A stretch of DNA of 64,000 nt from Guillardia theta CCMP2712 (taxonomy: Eukaryota > Protista > Cryptophyta). Under the pieces are notes generated by a model. It made no database searches. It worked only from the letters and a program-made list of their open reading frames with translations, and was not told the origin of the DNA. The stretch covers positions 15,924 to 79,923 of the forward strand of contig NW_005434597.1 of assembly GCF_000315625.1 (NCBI RefSeq). Direction: 5' to 3'. The position numbers and the translations under genes are program-made. Shown piece by piece: positions 48,708 to 61,100 of the stretch. Within the stretch, counting starts at the first letter, position 1; each line of letters begins with the position of its first letter.

Positions 48708-48899
48708 GAGAAAGTAACAATACTTTCAAAGAAAACTGACTTGTGTGTCATCTGCTATCGGAGAAAATGATCTCAGAAATGAGCGTTGATCAGTATGCAC
48801 GATCAAGTAGAAATGAATGATTCCGATCCCTCCGAGAATTCCCTTCAAGTCGGTCAGCTGAGCACGTTTTGCACTGAAAATTTTGTGGGACCTGGCAGA

Positions 48900-50200
48900 A
48901 TATGAAACTTGAGGCGATCAGGGCAGCGATCAAGTCGAGGCAAGTTTCAAGGTTCTTGTCTCGCCCATGCCTGCACGTTGACTCAAGTCAATCGAGGGCT
49001 GCAGCAAACGAGGGGACAAGACAAGTAAAAGCACCTTCCTTGACTCAACAAGAACGACTTCGAGTCATCTCTGTGTTGCTTCTTCCGTCGAAAAACCTTG
49101 GCAAGAGTGAGCAAAGGGATCCAAGATCAGCTTCCATCACTCCAGTCCCGGTCGCCTCGACATAAACATCGGTCTTCCCCTGACACCAACATGAGAGAGC
49201 ACTTGTAGCAACACAAGGGAAACACCTGCATGGCGGAGTCTTCTTCTTTGCCTCCCAAGACCTGGTGTCGCATTAACCGCTTGCAGAGCTTGGAACATGG
49301 AGCTACCGGGATGCTGACGTCTTGCTCGTTCATCAGATCTTCTGGGCTCACATGCGGGAGAGTGAAGGATTCCGCGTGGCCTAATCAAGTTTTACAGCTC
49401 CATACACGCATGCAATCAGTTCACCTCTCTCAGCATTCCTCCCCCGGCTTCTTGACCCTCCAACTGCTTCTGCACTTGCCTGAGCACCAGCCTTGGTATC
49501 GCCCTGGCCTCTCATCACCACAAGAAACTCTCGCGGAAAGAAGAGGGAAGAGAGGAACCTGTTCTCGAGCAGAGGCCTGCTTGCCTTCCTCCTCCTTCAC
49601 TCGAGATGCTTCATCAGCAGATATCTGCGATGAAACTATTCAGCGCATACAAGCCACATGCACTCTCATTCTCCGTGGACCTCGGTGTCTTTTGCCGCAG
49701 TTTGTTCGTGCTCATCCTTGGGCCTGTAGCAGCGGCGTTATCTCGAGTCAGGGAAGCAGCGCAATGAACATGTTTGCTGCTTTTCCCTCCTGTCGGTGTC
49801 TTCCTCGTCTCCTCCCCTTGTCCTCGTCAGCCTTGTGTTCGTGATCCAAGTTCGAAGTATCGTCCGTCTCTTGAGCCTTATTTGTCGAAGAAGAAGTTCT
49901 TTCCGGAAGATTTTCATCCTGTTTGCCCTCGTGGTGCTTCTCTCGTCTCCTCCTGCTCTTCTTCTTCCCTTCTGTTTCCGACGCATCCAAGGATGGCAGT
50001 TGCCGAGCATGCGGCAGAGGCTCAGCGGCACCTCCTCCTCTCACCCATGGGAACTCAGACGACATGATTGGTCAGCAATCGAAGCCTCTGAGAATTCGTA
50101 AGCTCCAACGATGGCTCGCTGCCTTCCACTGGCCCTTGCAGTGATCCTAGTCAAGTTCTCCAGCTCCTGCTCGATTCTTACAAGCCAATCGATGGATAGA
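48900..50200 (-). CDS. Hypothetical multi-exon charged/low-complexity protein
   Basis: Same-strand K/R/E-rich ORF pieces separated by short introns. Confidence 0.4.
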
Positions 50201-50510
50201 TGTGTATTAAATCTGAACGAGCTCAGCGCTCTTGCTCGTCTCTTCCTTCCTCTCACTGTTTTATCGCCTTCTCCTCTCCTCTCCTCTCCTTCTCTCCCCT
50301 CCTGCCCCCCGCCTCCTCTCCTTTGCCTTTCCCGCCATAACCGCCGGTCCCTTCCAGACAGCCCCAACACAAACACTACAGGCAGTACTACCCCTGGTAA
50401 TAGGCCGTTTTGGGGGTAGAGGGTCCAACGAATTCTTTGTAGGGGTATTTTAACAGGAAAAGGAGGGGGTAGTCAGGTGTATTCGAGGTGGTCAGCAGAT
50501 CCGCAGGGCC

Positions 50511-51318
50511 ATGGCAAACAAAGCAACGCCGGTGCTAGTGTGGCTGGCGATGGCAGCGACTGTGAGCGCTTATCAAGGAGGAGGAGTGAGATGGCTCAAG
50601 ACTCCTTGCTTGCTCACCCATGCAGCCTCCCATGCCTCCCATGCCTCCCTGAGGCCTAGGGTTCCTGCAGCCGCTGGCAGGGGGGCAATGTCGACACTGC
50701 GGATGGGGAGGATAGGCGGGGAGGCAGAGGCAGAGGAACAAAGGACCGTCAGGAGAACCTTCCTGCAGCTCGGAACAGGTGTAGGAATGATCTTGCTAGA
50801 CGCCGTCCTTCCTGCGGGTGCCAAGGGACCCAAGAAAACCACGGAGGACGTTGTGACATCCTTCGGGCAACTGGTACAGGCGCAAGGGACCATTGAGAAA
50901 GCAGATGCTCTCGCACAGAAGAGTGACTGGGAGGGAGTGAGAAGTTTGTTCAAGCAAGACGAGATCAAGAATATTGAGAACCTCCTCCTCGACCTGGTAT
51001 CTCTTGCCGCGGTCGGACCCTTGAAGCGTTCTAACTGGAGGGGTACAGGTGAATGGGCCAGTGATAAGTGCCGAGGACAAGAAGACGATCGGGACGAGGA
51101 AGAGGTACGGAATCGCTGCTGACGTCATCTACGGCATCGATGGCGTCCTCTCTGGCATCGATTCTCTCTCTACCCCGCAGGTCCAGAATTGCTCGGCAGG
51201 CTCGTGCAGCGGGGAGCTGGTGGAAGGGGAGGAGGAGATCAAGAAGTCCTTTAAGAACCTCAAGGCCTCGCTGAGCGAGATCCTCACCCTCTGCCGAGCT
51301 TACAAGGAGCTCAAGTAG
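50511..51318 (+). CDS. Nucleus-encoded plastid protein, probably thylakoid lumen (2 exons)
   Basis: Signal peptide VLVWLAMAATVSA-Y, then an S/A/R-rich transit peptide, then a twin-arginine signal RRTFLQLGTGVGMILLDAVLPAGA. Intron ~50997-51048 joins LLLDL|VNGPVISAEDKKTIGTRKRYGIAADV. Confidence 0.75.
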
Positions 51319-51459
51319 CCTCCACCTCCTCCTGGTTTGCGACGGGTCGAAGCCTCTACCAACTTGTAAGCCAGTGCGTGTGCGGAGGGGCAACTCGAGC
51401 TTGTCTCGGGGAGTTTGAGAGTAAAGAATGCAAGCAAGAAGAAGAGGAGGGAGCAGAAG

Positions 51460-54118
51460 CTAGCAGAGCTGATTCTGCTTCTCCAACACCAGCTGGTGGT
51501 TGAAGAAAACCTTGACGTAGTCCACGCGCTTCCCCGCGTGCCCATCCTGCAACCTGATCTCGCAGTTCATTCCCCCGTCGTCGTTGAAGGCTCGGAATGA
51601 TGCTCGATGCTCCTGATCGACCTGCAGCTCATACCGCACCTGCCCGTTCTTCATAGCCTTGAGCGTGTTGCCGTTCCGCTCCTGCCCGTCGTGGTCCAAG
51701 GGAGGCTCGTGGTTGGCCAGCACCTTAAACGCGTGCTGGATGGAAGGGATCGCGCGGTAGATGGCGGCGAGTTGCCGATCATGAACGAACTTGAGGCTGC
51801 CGACGCCGACTGTGAGCTCGTGGAACTTGCTAAGCACACCTGTGATGAGCTCCATGTTCTCTTGCTCCACGTTGAGGCTCGGGAGAAACTTTCCGCTGTC
51901 ACGATTCGCAATCAGCCCGACCGGGAGGGAGCAGGGAGGCAGGGCGCCGCTGGGGGCCTGGTAGAGCGCGAGATTGTCCTCATCAGCCTCCCACTGGATG
52001 ATGAGGACGATGAACTTCCAGCTGCTGCCATGCTGCTCGTCCATCTGGCGAATGAAGTTGGGGATCTCGTCGCAGAGGTTCTTGTAGTAAAAGATCTCAG
52101 GGTTGGTGATGGCGATAAATCGACGATCCGTCGTCTTCAAGATGCTTCGATGATCTCGCGAGACAACGTAGGCTGGCACCATGGTGTCATAGCTCCAGCT
52201 CAGAATCGCCTTATCCGACATCATCGACCCGCACAAGTCGTACATCTCCTCAGCTCCCAGGAACCTCGTCCAGGTGGGGAAGTCAAGGTAGGCAGAGACC
52301 GAGTCGGGGTAGGCCAGGAAGCGCTGGCTCATAGAGCCTCGCTTCATCATGATCAGCTCCTTGATGTTCTCCAGACACTTGCTGCTTCCTGCCGCGCTGC
52401 CGACGATTCGAAGGCCCTCAACCTCGATGAAGCCTTTGTCGATGGACTCTTGGGAGAAGCAAGTCTGAGGGACGGAGGGGTCGAGAGAAGGAGCGATCAT
52501 GACATCGCCCGCGAGAACCTTGAACGCGCTTTCCTTGCTGTATGGGATACTGAGAGGCACGTGGAAGCCTCCATGCTTGTACAGAACTTCTAAGGCCAGC
52601 AGCTGCATGGCAGTCTGGTCCATCTGCCAGGGTTGATCGGTGTACATGTTACAGCAGAAGTAGTCGCCTTTCAGTTCCTGCATGCTACTCCAACACTTGT
52701 ACGTCCAGCCCTCGTTCTGACGGCAAAACTCTTCCGCCCAGCTCTGGATCCATCGCTCCGGCTTGCTGCCCTGGAAGGCGAACTGATGGATCACCTTGGG
52801 TATCTTCGCTCCTGGAGCTGCTGAACCAGCGTCGGGGAGGGGAACGAGCTTGCCGAGCGGCCACTCGAGCTCCTTGAGCTGGGGACATTTATCAAGCCAG
52901 AAGTTGTCGAGGGTGCAACGCCTGATGCTGTTGGCTACCCAGCCCTGCAAGCCGCTGCAGGTGTAGCCGAACTGAAAGGCGTAGGAGTGAGGAAAGTCCT
53001 TGAGGTTGATGGCGTCAGGGTTCGGGACGTAGTGGAACTTGGGGTAGAACCTGCGACAAGTCAGCTGGAGACGGCAAGAACAAGCTAGCTGAGGAGACGG
53101 CAAGAACAAGCTAGCTGAGGAGACGACAAGAACAAGCTAGCTGAGGAGACTCACCAGACCTGCGGTGGAACAGTCCACGGCATCTGAGTGTGGGAGATGC
53201 ACTTAGTGAAGGCCAGAGGTCCAGTGACCCACTCGACGCCATGATAAGGACGTTTGTGCGGGTAGACTCCCTGGATGTACTTGATCAACATGTCCACCAG
53301 TGGATGCTTGGGGGTGCAGGCGATGAAGCTGTTGCCGATGACGGAGTAGGGCTTGTCTTTGGTGTCTGGCTCATAGCCGCAGAAGAAGCCTGTGTCCTTG
53401 CTGGCATCGAGCACGTCCTGAAGGTCCTTCTGCAGCCACACCATGTCCGCGTCAATGTAGATTCCTCCTTCTCTCCACAGAATCTCCAGCCGCAGCAGGT
53501 CAGCCTTGCACTGATACATCCGCTCGCTGTCATAGAGGTCCTGCGTTCTCAGCTGGAGCTCAGCTACTTCCTGGTCTGTCCAGAGCTTGTACTCCCAGCC
53601 CGGATAGTGTGACCTGTACTTCTTCCTCCAGGTGTCCAGCCAGACGATCTACAAGACAGCAAGTCAGAGGGCGAGAACAAGAGAGTCTCACAAGACAAGA
53701 CGGGGGATGTGCGGAGAGTATGAATGGATTGCGCAAGGTATACCGGAGGTTGCTTGGGACCGATCCAGATCTGATGGATCTTCTTGGGAATCTTTTCTCC
53801 GATCCCTGTGTTCTTCTTGAGAAAGTCACTCATGAAGTTTCTCCACTCCTCCGCGTTCTCCACAGAGCATTCTCGATGATCCCAGTTGTTGAACTTGGCG
53901 ATGTTGGCGATCTTCAACGGGGGAAAAGGACTCTCTTGCTCGCTGCCGCCTTTCAATCGCAGGAGTCCGTGACGGGACGAGACAGCAAGAGGAGCGAGAT
54001 AGGCAGTGGAAGAGGCCTGGGGGGAAGAGATCCGCAGCCATGATGGAGAGGATCGCTCTGCTGAGCTCCCTGGTGCCGCCATTGCCGCCATTGCCAAGCC
54101 AAGCAACAACGCGGCCAT
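51460..54118 (-). CDS. GT32-like (OCH1/SUR1-type DXD) glycosyltransferase with a second degenerate GT32-like domain (3 exons)
   Basis: Domain 1: IPKKIHQIWIG...WEYKLWTD...KADLLRLEILWREGGIYIDAD...TGP. Domain 2: IPKVIHQ...WTYKCW...LEVLYKHGGFHVPL. Signal peptide and LRLKGG leader. Confidence 0.85.
53067..53150. repeat. 26-nt tandem repeat x3 (GGAGACGRCAAGAACAAGCTAGCTGA) in a GT32 intron
   Basis: Directly visible between donor (~53154) and acceptor (~53051) on the minus strand. Confidence 0.9.
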
Positions 54119-54301
54119 GGCGGGTAAGTAGGAGGGAGGAAGAGACTTTAGTGGGTCAAGGGGTTAGGGGTCACAGAGCGACCTCGAAGTACGGGTACGT
54201 TTAGCTGAGATAGTATGCTACAGGAGATGGTGGGGTAGTACTGCAGGGGTCATCAAAGGGGATATAAGGGCCTAGTGAAGGCGTAGGAGGGGGAGGAGGG
54301 A

Positions 54302-54420
54302 GAGACTGAAGGAAAAGATAGGATGAGACTGAAGGGAGAGATAGGATGAGACTGAAGGGAGAGATAGGATGAGACTGAAGGGAGAGATAGGATGAGACGG
54401 GAGGGAGGGAGAGATAGGAC
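54302..54420. repeat. 23-nt tandem repeat x4+ (GAGACTGAAGGGAGAGATAGGAT)
   Basis: Directly visible, contiguous, no spacers. Confidence 0.9.
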
Positions 54421-55682
54421 GATTATCGTAGCGAACTCAACCAGGATCTCCTACTTGTTATCTGTGGATCTAGAGGGGGTGGTGGGTTGGATAGCAGATT
54501 GGAAAGGGAGTGGGGCAGACTGTGTTGGAGCACCGGGAGGAGTGAGGAGACGGGGAGATGGTTGACAGGGAAGCCGGGAGGGAGGGACTGAGGAATACTA
54601 TGATCTAGTAAATGAACTAAGACGAGGGATGAATGGTTAGTAGTGGTAGAATAACAAGTAGCTGGACATAGGAGATGCGTCCTGGTGAAACAAGGAGAAC
54701 GGGTGGGGAATGACTTGTAAGCAGCTCGTGCTTCTACTATGATTAAAAACAAGCCAATGATCTTCACTGCTAAAGAGATTCTCAGTGTGTATCTCGGGTA
54801 AGTGTCAAAATCACGCTACAATCAACAAGTTCTATCTTCCATCCATCATTGACTCTGAGTCTTGAACGTTGAAGTGATGAGTCCGTGGCATCAGTAGTAG
54901 GGGGCTTATGGGCACCGGAGACCTTAGACCTCAGGATTAGCTCCTGGTACAAATGTTCAGTGGAAACGTTTTGAATTCGAACATGCAATGCGAATGTCAG
55001 TGTACATGGTGAGGACTCCTATGATGAACGGGTTTCATGAGGTAAACTTGCAGAATGGCAATGAATGAATGAATCATTGGCTTCGCCTCGATGCATTATT
55101 GATCGACCAACACAAATGGATACCGAATTCTCCGGGGGGTACAGCAAGGCAAGCTTCCTATTCATCCTGGATTCGTAAAAGAACTGAGTCTGACGCCATC
55201 ACGACGGTTCTGAGTAGAAGCGAGTTGAGCTGAGGTGTGTGGACATCGTTGCACTGAAGTTGAGCAACAGATATTCAGTACATGTGATAGTTGTAATGTG
55301 CATCTTAACTTCGTTCCTGTGTTCATTGTAATTGGAACATGAGTAATGTAATCGGACCATGCAACATCTGGTGCGTATTATGCCCTTCTTCATCATGCTT
55401 GTACTTGCTTGTAACATCAGCTACAACAGCGTAAGCTAACGGCTCACACCTTGCAAGCGCTTGTTCTGCGCAAGCATTTCAGTTTCACTACTAATCCAAC
55501 ACTTCCAAAAATGAATTAAAAAGAGAATTTGTACCATGACCTTAACTTTTAGAGTTTTATTATTGAGTGATTTTAGATCGAAACTCGATTACTTTTTTCC
55601 TATATCACACAGCATCACAAGGTATCAGCTGCATGAGCGGGGATGAGGGCAGGCTAGTGGGGAGACTTCGGTACATTTGGGG

Positions 55683-57462
55683 ATGGCAGGGGAGGAAAGC
55701 GGAGGTGAAGGGGCATGGCTGCTAGGAGAGGAGAGGAGAACGCCAAGTGGAGCTCAGGAGTGGAAGGGAGGAAGGGAGGAGGAGGAGGCGGCGGCTGATG
55801 ACAGCATGGAAGGAAGTAAGGATGCCTGTCGAGGTGAGGGACGGCTTCTGAGTTCCCCCCAACCTGTGTCTTGTGTCTTGTGGTTGTGGCTAGCAGGCAG
55901 TGGAGTTGGCGCCATCGTGCTTGGGGCGAGCTTGGGCTTCTCGTCGCCGACCATGGCTGCAGTGTACAATGCGAGTCAAGGGGACGAAGGAAGAGGATGT
56001 GTTGATTGGCAAGGTCATGAAATATCAGAAAACGCAAAGATGCTCAACTGCGAGCTTGCGCTGTCAGACAGCATGTCGTCCTGGTTTGGCTCCCTTATCA
56101 ACATCGGAGCTCTTCTAGGAGCCATGGTGTCCTCCAGCCTGCTGGATCGCTTTGGCAAGAGGGCGGGGATGTTGCTGCTTCACAGTCTCTACGTCGTTGG
56201 GTGGGGTCTGTGTGCTGGGGCCCCTGGTCATGCAGCCACATCGTTGGCGAGAGCAGTGGATCGCGGGCAGGTTGTCATCATGCTGGTGCTCTCAAGGCTC
56301 TTCATCGGCATCGCCGTCGGCATCGCCTGCGCCTCCATTCCCAACTATCAAGTCGAACTTGCGCCTACGAATCTTCGAGGAGCGGTCGGGAGTCTCTTCC
56401 AGATCTCCGTCGTGCTGGGTCTCTTCTTCGTCTACCTCGCCGGCTGCTTCCTCGACTGGCGCTCCATGGCGGTCGCCCTGGTTGTACTCTCTGCTGGTGG
56501 CCTCCTCCTCCTCCTCTTCCTCCCCGAGACTCCCACCTGGCTAGCAAGGAAAGGCAGGTTGCGTGAAGCTCGCGCAGTGCTGGAACGAGCGAGGGGAGGG
56601 GGCGCTTACGATTTCGAGCTGAATGGACCACGAGAAGAGCAAGGAGTAGACGCCGGAGGAATCCTCAGCAAGAGATGCCGCAAGCCGCTGCTGATTGCCG
56701 TCGGGTTGATGTTTGTGCAGCAATGTGAGAACTTGTGTGTGGTGTGTGACTAGTCTGAGAGTTGGGGAGCAGGGAGCGGGATCAACGCGGTCATGTTCTT
56801 CTGCGGGAGCATCCTGCAGAGCGTGTTCTCGGACTCAGCGGAGGCAAACGAGTACTCCATCGGCATCCAAGCCCTCCAGGTCCTCGTTACACTCGTGGCT
56901 GCTCGCTTCATGGACTCGGTCGGTCGGAGGCCTCTGCTGCTGGTGGCAGCCCTTGGGCTGAGCTTGTCCTCGCTCTCACTCTCTCTTTTCTACCTCGTCG
57001 GCCAGCAGTGCGACTCTCAGGGCTGCTCGCAGGTCATCCCCAAGCCCGTCGCCGTCGCCTCCTTGTACGCTTACATCCTCTTCTTCTCCTGTGGCATGGG
57101 CGCCATCCCCTGGTTCATCCTGTGAGAGCGCGAGAGTCTGCCATTTCCTCAAGCCTGACGCATCTTGCAGCGGCGAGATCTCTCCTCCTCATGCACAAGC
57201 CAGCATCAGCGCCATCGCGACGTCAGTCAACTGGATCCTCTCCTTCTCCATCACCAAGTCGTTGGAGCCTCTGACTGAGCTGCTGGGCGGGGCTGGGGAG
57301 GGGCTGGGGAAGGTTTTTCTCTTCTACAGCTGCGTCTGCCTGCTGGGAGCCTGCTTCATCCACGCGTTCGTGCCGGAGACCAAGGGGAAGAGCTTCGAGG
57401 AGATTCAAGCGATGCTGCACGGAGAGAGCGCGGAGAAGCAAGATTTAAAAACAGCAGCATGA
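55683..57462 (+). CDS. MFS sugar porter (GLUT8/Tret1/ERD6-like)
   Basis: LLDRFGKR, SRLFIGIAVG, ELAP..LRG, PETPTWL, QQ|..GINAVMFF, DSVGRRPLL, GMGAIPW, GEI and VPETKGKSFEEI. Confidence 0.93.
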
Positions 57463-57549
57463 AAATTGAAAAATCACAGCACGAAAATCGGAAAAAAGCA
57501 TCATGAAAATTGAAAAGAGCAGCACGAAGATTGAAAAACTGCAGCATGC
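57446..57549. repeat. Degenerate ~21-22-nt tandem repeat x5 (approx. CAGCAYGAAAATTGAAAAA) starting at the transporter stop codon
   Basis: CAGCATGAAAATTGAAAAA, CAGCACGAAAATCGGAAAAAA, CATCATGAAAATTGAAAAG, CAGCACGAAGATTGAAAAA, CAGCATG. Confidence 0.7.
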
Positions 57550-57656
57550 GGTGAGCGAGAGGATTTTCTTTCTCTTCCTCTCCCTCTCATGATTCCCGTC
57601 AAATTTTGCCTGTAAACAAGTTTCCCTTCCACCTTGTCTGCTAGCACGTAAAACTC

Positions 57657-58053
57657 TCAGCGGTAGTAGAGCAGGAACGTTCGGATCTGCGACCTCAGCG
57701 TCACTCCAGCTCTCCTCCAGCTGTCGCTGCGCACCTGAAGGGGGGCGAGTTTGATCTTCTTGTGCTCCCCGACGGGTTCGCCTCGGAACAAGTGAGACCT
57801 GCTGGCCTGACTCTCCTCGGGCCTCCACCGCCTCCTCCTCTTCTCCATCTCCGAGCGCAACTGCGAGGGACTTGAGCCAAAGAAGGTCGAGGAAGCTAGA
57901 AGAAGCGAAAGACGCAGAAGACAGAGGGACAGGAAGAGGAAAGAAGCAAACACAAAGAGAGCTTCATGACAAGGTCACCTGGTTCCCGCTCAGCGTCAAC
58001 TCGTCGACCTTGAACGGATGCGAAAGATGAGCAACCTAACGACCGTCAGCACT

Positions 58054-58109
<56 letters not shown>

Positions 58110-61100
58110 CCCTTCTCACTGCCTCTCATCATCCGAACCTGCATTTCTCTCGCTCTCTCTCCTTCTTTTTCCTTACCTTGAACAATCTCGCCAACGACAC
58201 AGTCGCTGGTTGTGAAAGAGTTCCATGCTCGCCAATACCAAACTTGTGCGCAACTCGGAGGAGGACTGTATACTCCCCGTGCGTGTTGAGTGGCTGCTTC
58301 TCGATGGTGAGGATGGCGATGTTGGGGGGAAGGGAGTGAAGACTGCCGGAGGAGCTGTTGCACATCCTTGAGCCCTGTCGGATGGCAGAGGCGAGCTGGT
58401 GGGCCTTGCGGGAAGACGCGAAGAGCACAGGCTCCAAGTAGATCTCATCTTGAACTCGTCGGTACCTGCAGGAAGCTCCTCAGATTGTCTCCCCTCCCAT
58501 CCCCCTTCCCCTCCTCCCCTTGAACCATCATCATCTCCAGCTTCTCGTGCTCGTCTCTCCCTCTCCTCTCTCCTCTCGTCCTACCCCTCTGCTGCCGTCT
58601 CAGGCGAGGCGACAGCGAGCACATGCTTCCCTCGCACGACCAGCCCCTTGCCGATCCTGTACGGCTCGTGATGCACGTTATGATCCTCATCCTCCCAGTC
58701 ATAGGGGGAGATAGACTGCGACAATAATCACGTTCAACCACAAGCACCTCCCGCTCCTCCTCCCGCTCCTCCTCTTCTTTCAGCACCCTCCTCCTCCTCC
58801 TCTTCTTTCAGCACCTGGGTTTCATTCAGGGGCTCCTGAACTCCTCGATTGTCATCGAAGAGCAGTCGACGATGGACCATCAACTCTAGCTGCCCGTCTA
58901 CCAGACTTGTTCCTCCTTGGGCCCGGTCCACCAAGACAGCTACCTTGAAGGTCAGCAGGACGACCAGCGGGAGAGTAGAAGGGATGGCGAGAGGAGGTCA
59001 AGAATGGGAGGGAGGGGGGGAAGGGGTTAGAACCTAGCGAGGCCCAGGGGTCTTGGATTGCAATCATCGTGTTGACTGGAAAGAAATTCCCCGCCACAGG
59101 TTGCGTGACGTTGTAGCTGGGGACAGACGGGCGACATTGGGAGTCCTGGGCGTAGAGGGAAGTAGAGCACCTCCTCCTCTCCAAGATGTCTCGCCCGTTG
59201 GAGTCAGTGAGGAAGGAGGACGAGGACGAGATGTTGGTCTGAAACCGAGATATCACCTACCTCTGGGTCAGAGCAACTCACCCCTCCCTCAACCCCGTTA
59301 CCTCCTTGCCTTGCAGGTCCTCCACAGGAATCGGCCCCACAGTCCATTCAACTTCCACCTCCTTGGAGAAGGAGAAGAGGCGGACGGTCTGGATCGCCCA
59401 CTCGCTGAAGGTCTGGTGCACCTCCACAGAGCCCTTTCCTTCCTTCACCTTGATCGTCGCCCTGCAGTCTCTGCTCACACATCGCGCGTCCTGCCCGTCG
59501 GCTGCGGTGTGGTTGGGCCGGAAGATGTATGCTCCAGAGCGCTGCACGTTCTCGCCTTGAGCCGACTCATACCAGAAGAAGTTCTGCGAGAGCTCGATGC
59601 TCACTTGCTGCTCCTTGTTGAGGAACGAGGACAAGAGGCCGGAGGTCATGTTGAAAGTGACCTTGACAAATTTGTTCTCTACCACCAGCTGCTCCTCCGC
59701 TTCCTCCGTCCAGACCGCCTTCTCGAAGCGTCTTGGTGCCTCCTGCTTCTTCCGAGACTGATTCGGCTGGATCAGAAAGGCCCGGAAGCACAGGGGTGGG
59801 AGGAGAGCAGGGAAGGAGAGGACGAGAGACGAGGCGATATCGGCATGTTGCAGCTCCTGTAGCGAACTAGCGAGAGGAGTAGGAGGAAGAACATCTGACG
59901 CAATGACTTCACCCGTCTCAATCGCTGACACCTCTAGAGCCGATGAGTCCACAGGGACCCGGACCTGAAGCTGACGCTCAGCTGAGAGCGGGTTATATAG
60001 GACAACCACGAAGGAATCTCCTGCCCCGGAGGCCGAGGAGGAAGGCTGGCAGACAGTCTCGTTGAGTAGATGGCAGACCGTTAGAGACTTGTCCTTAGGC
60101 AGCCCCAGCATAGTTGCCATCCCCTCCTCAGCCGCCAAGTCTGCCACCAGACATCCAGCGGCCATTCGAGTGGCATAGTCGTATGCCACGTGCTGCATCT
60201 CAGTGCCGGAGACGGCGTCGTGATGCTGCGTGAGAGAGACGGCTGCTGCAAGAGGATCGACGTCTTGCCTGTCCATCCCGTACCAGAAGCGATACCATGG
60301 CTTTGACTTCCCCGCTCGCTTCAGTTGGGAACGCACATGCTTGTTGACAGGCAGGTCGGCGAGCAGCTGGATTTGACGCACAGCTTGCAAGTAGCCAGCC
60401 ATCTTCCTCTCATACCGCTTCAAGGTTGGTCGGCTCGTGAAAAAGCCCGTCCAGTAGGAGTTGTCGTCGTTAGCGAGGGGCATGAAGTCGTCTCGCTTCA
60501 CCGGCCACGTCAGGTTCTCCCGATGCTTCGCTGCCGTGTAGGTCGCGGGCGTGGAGTAGAACACGTTGACTCGACCGTCTTTGTTGACATGGTGGATGAT
60601 CTTATCCAGATTCTTGTACCATCCGTCTGCATTCTCATATTGGAAATCGCTTCCCATCAAGAACATGATGTTCTGTGTAGGTGTTCCTGCCGACCGAGTG
60701 TTGTTAGCATAGCGCAGAGCAGTCTCAACAAACTTGTCGACGTAGAACTTCACGTTCTCATCCTCCATGCACTCGTCATCCATCACGGGAAATCCGCCAT
60801 TGCACTGGTTCTGGTCGAAGCAGAACCCTGGCGGAGGCCCATACCCTCCGTCTAGAAACGCTCCGGTGAAGACTTGGGCGTCAGCTCCCCAGCTCGGCGA
60901 GGCCTGCCAGATCATCTCCATCTCGCGTCGCTCCGTCCGCCGCTTCGCCTCCTGCCAGTCAATGCGCGCAAAGTAGAGCGCGTCGAATCCCATCTCTGCC
61001 GACAGCAGCGACGCTTGGGTAGCCGAGTGTCCGAAGGGGTCGATCTGCCAGCCTATGCTCGGCTTGTAGTCAAACTGATCTTTCAGGAACCTGTGCCCGA

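Noticed and set aside
51607-52593. Long antisense ORFs opposite GT32 (also opposite GH38 at 59053-59862 and 60874-61614, and the RT at 32542-33432)
   Set aside because: Expected shadows of GC3-biased coding sequence; no motifs.
54160-54170. GGGTTAGGG as telomeric repeat or target of the CRE-like element
   Set aside because: Single isolated unit far from the element; no telomeric array in the window.
54302-54420. 23-nt repeats (also the 26- and 27-nt repeats) as CRISPR arrays
   Set aside because: Contiguous units without unique spacers, no cas genes, eukaryotic context.
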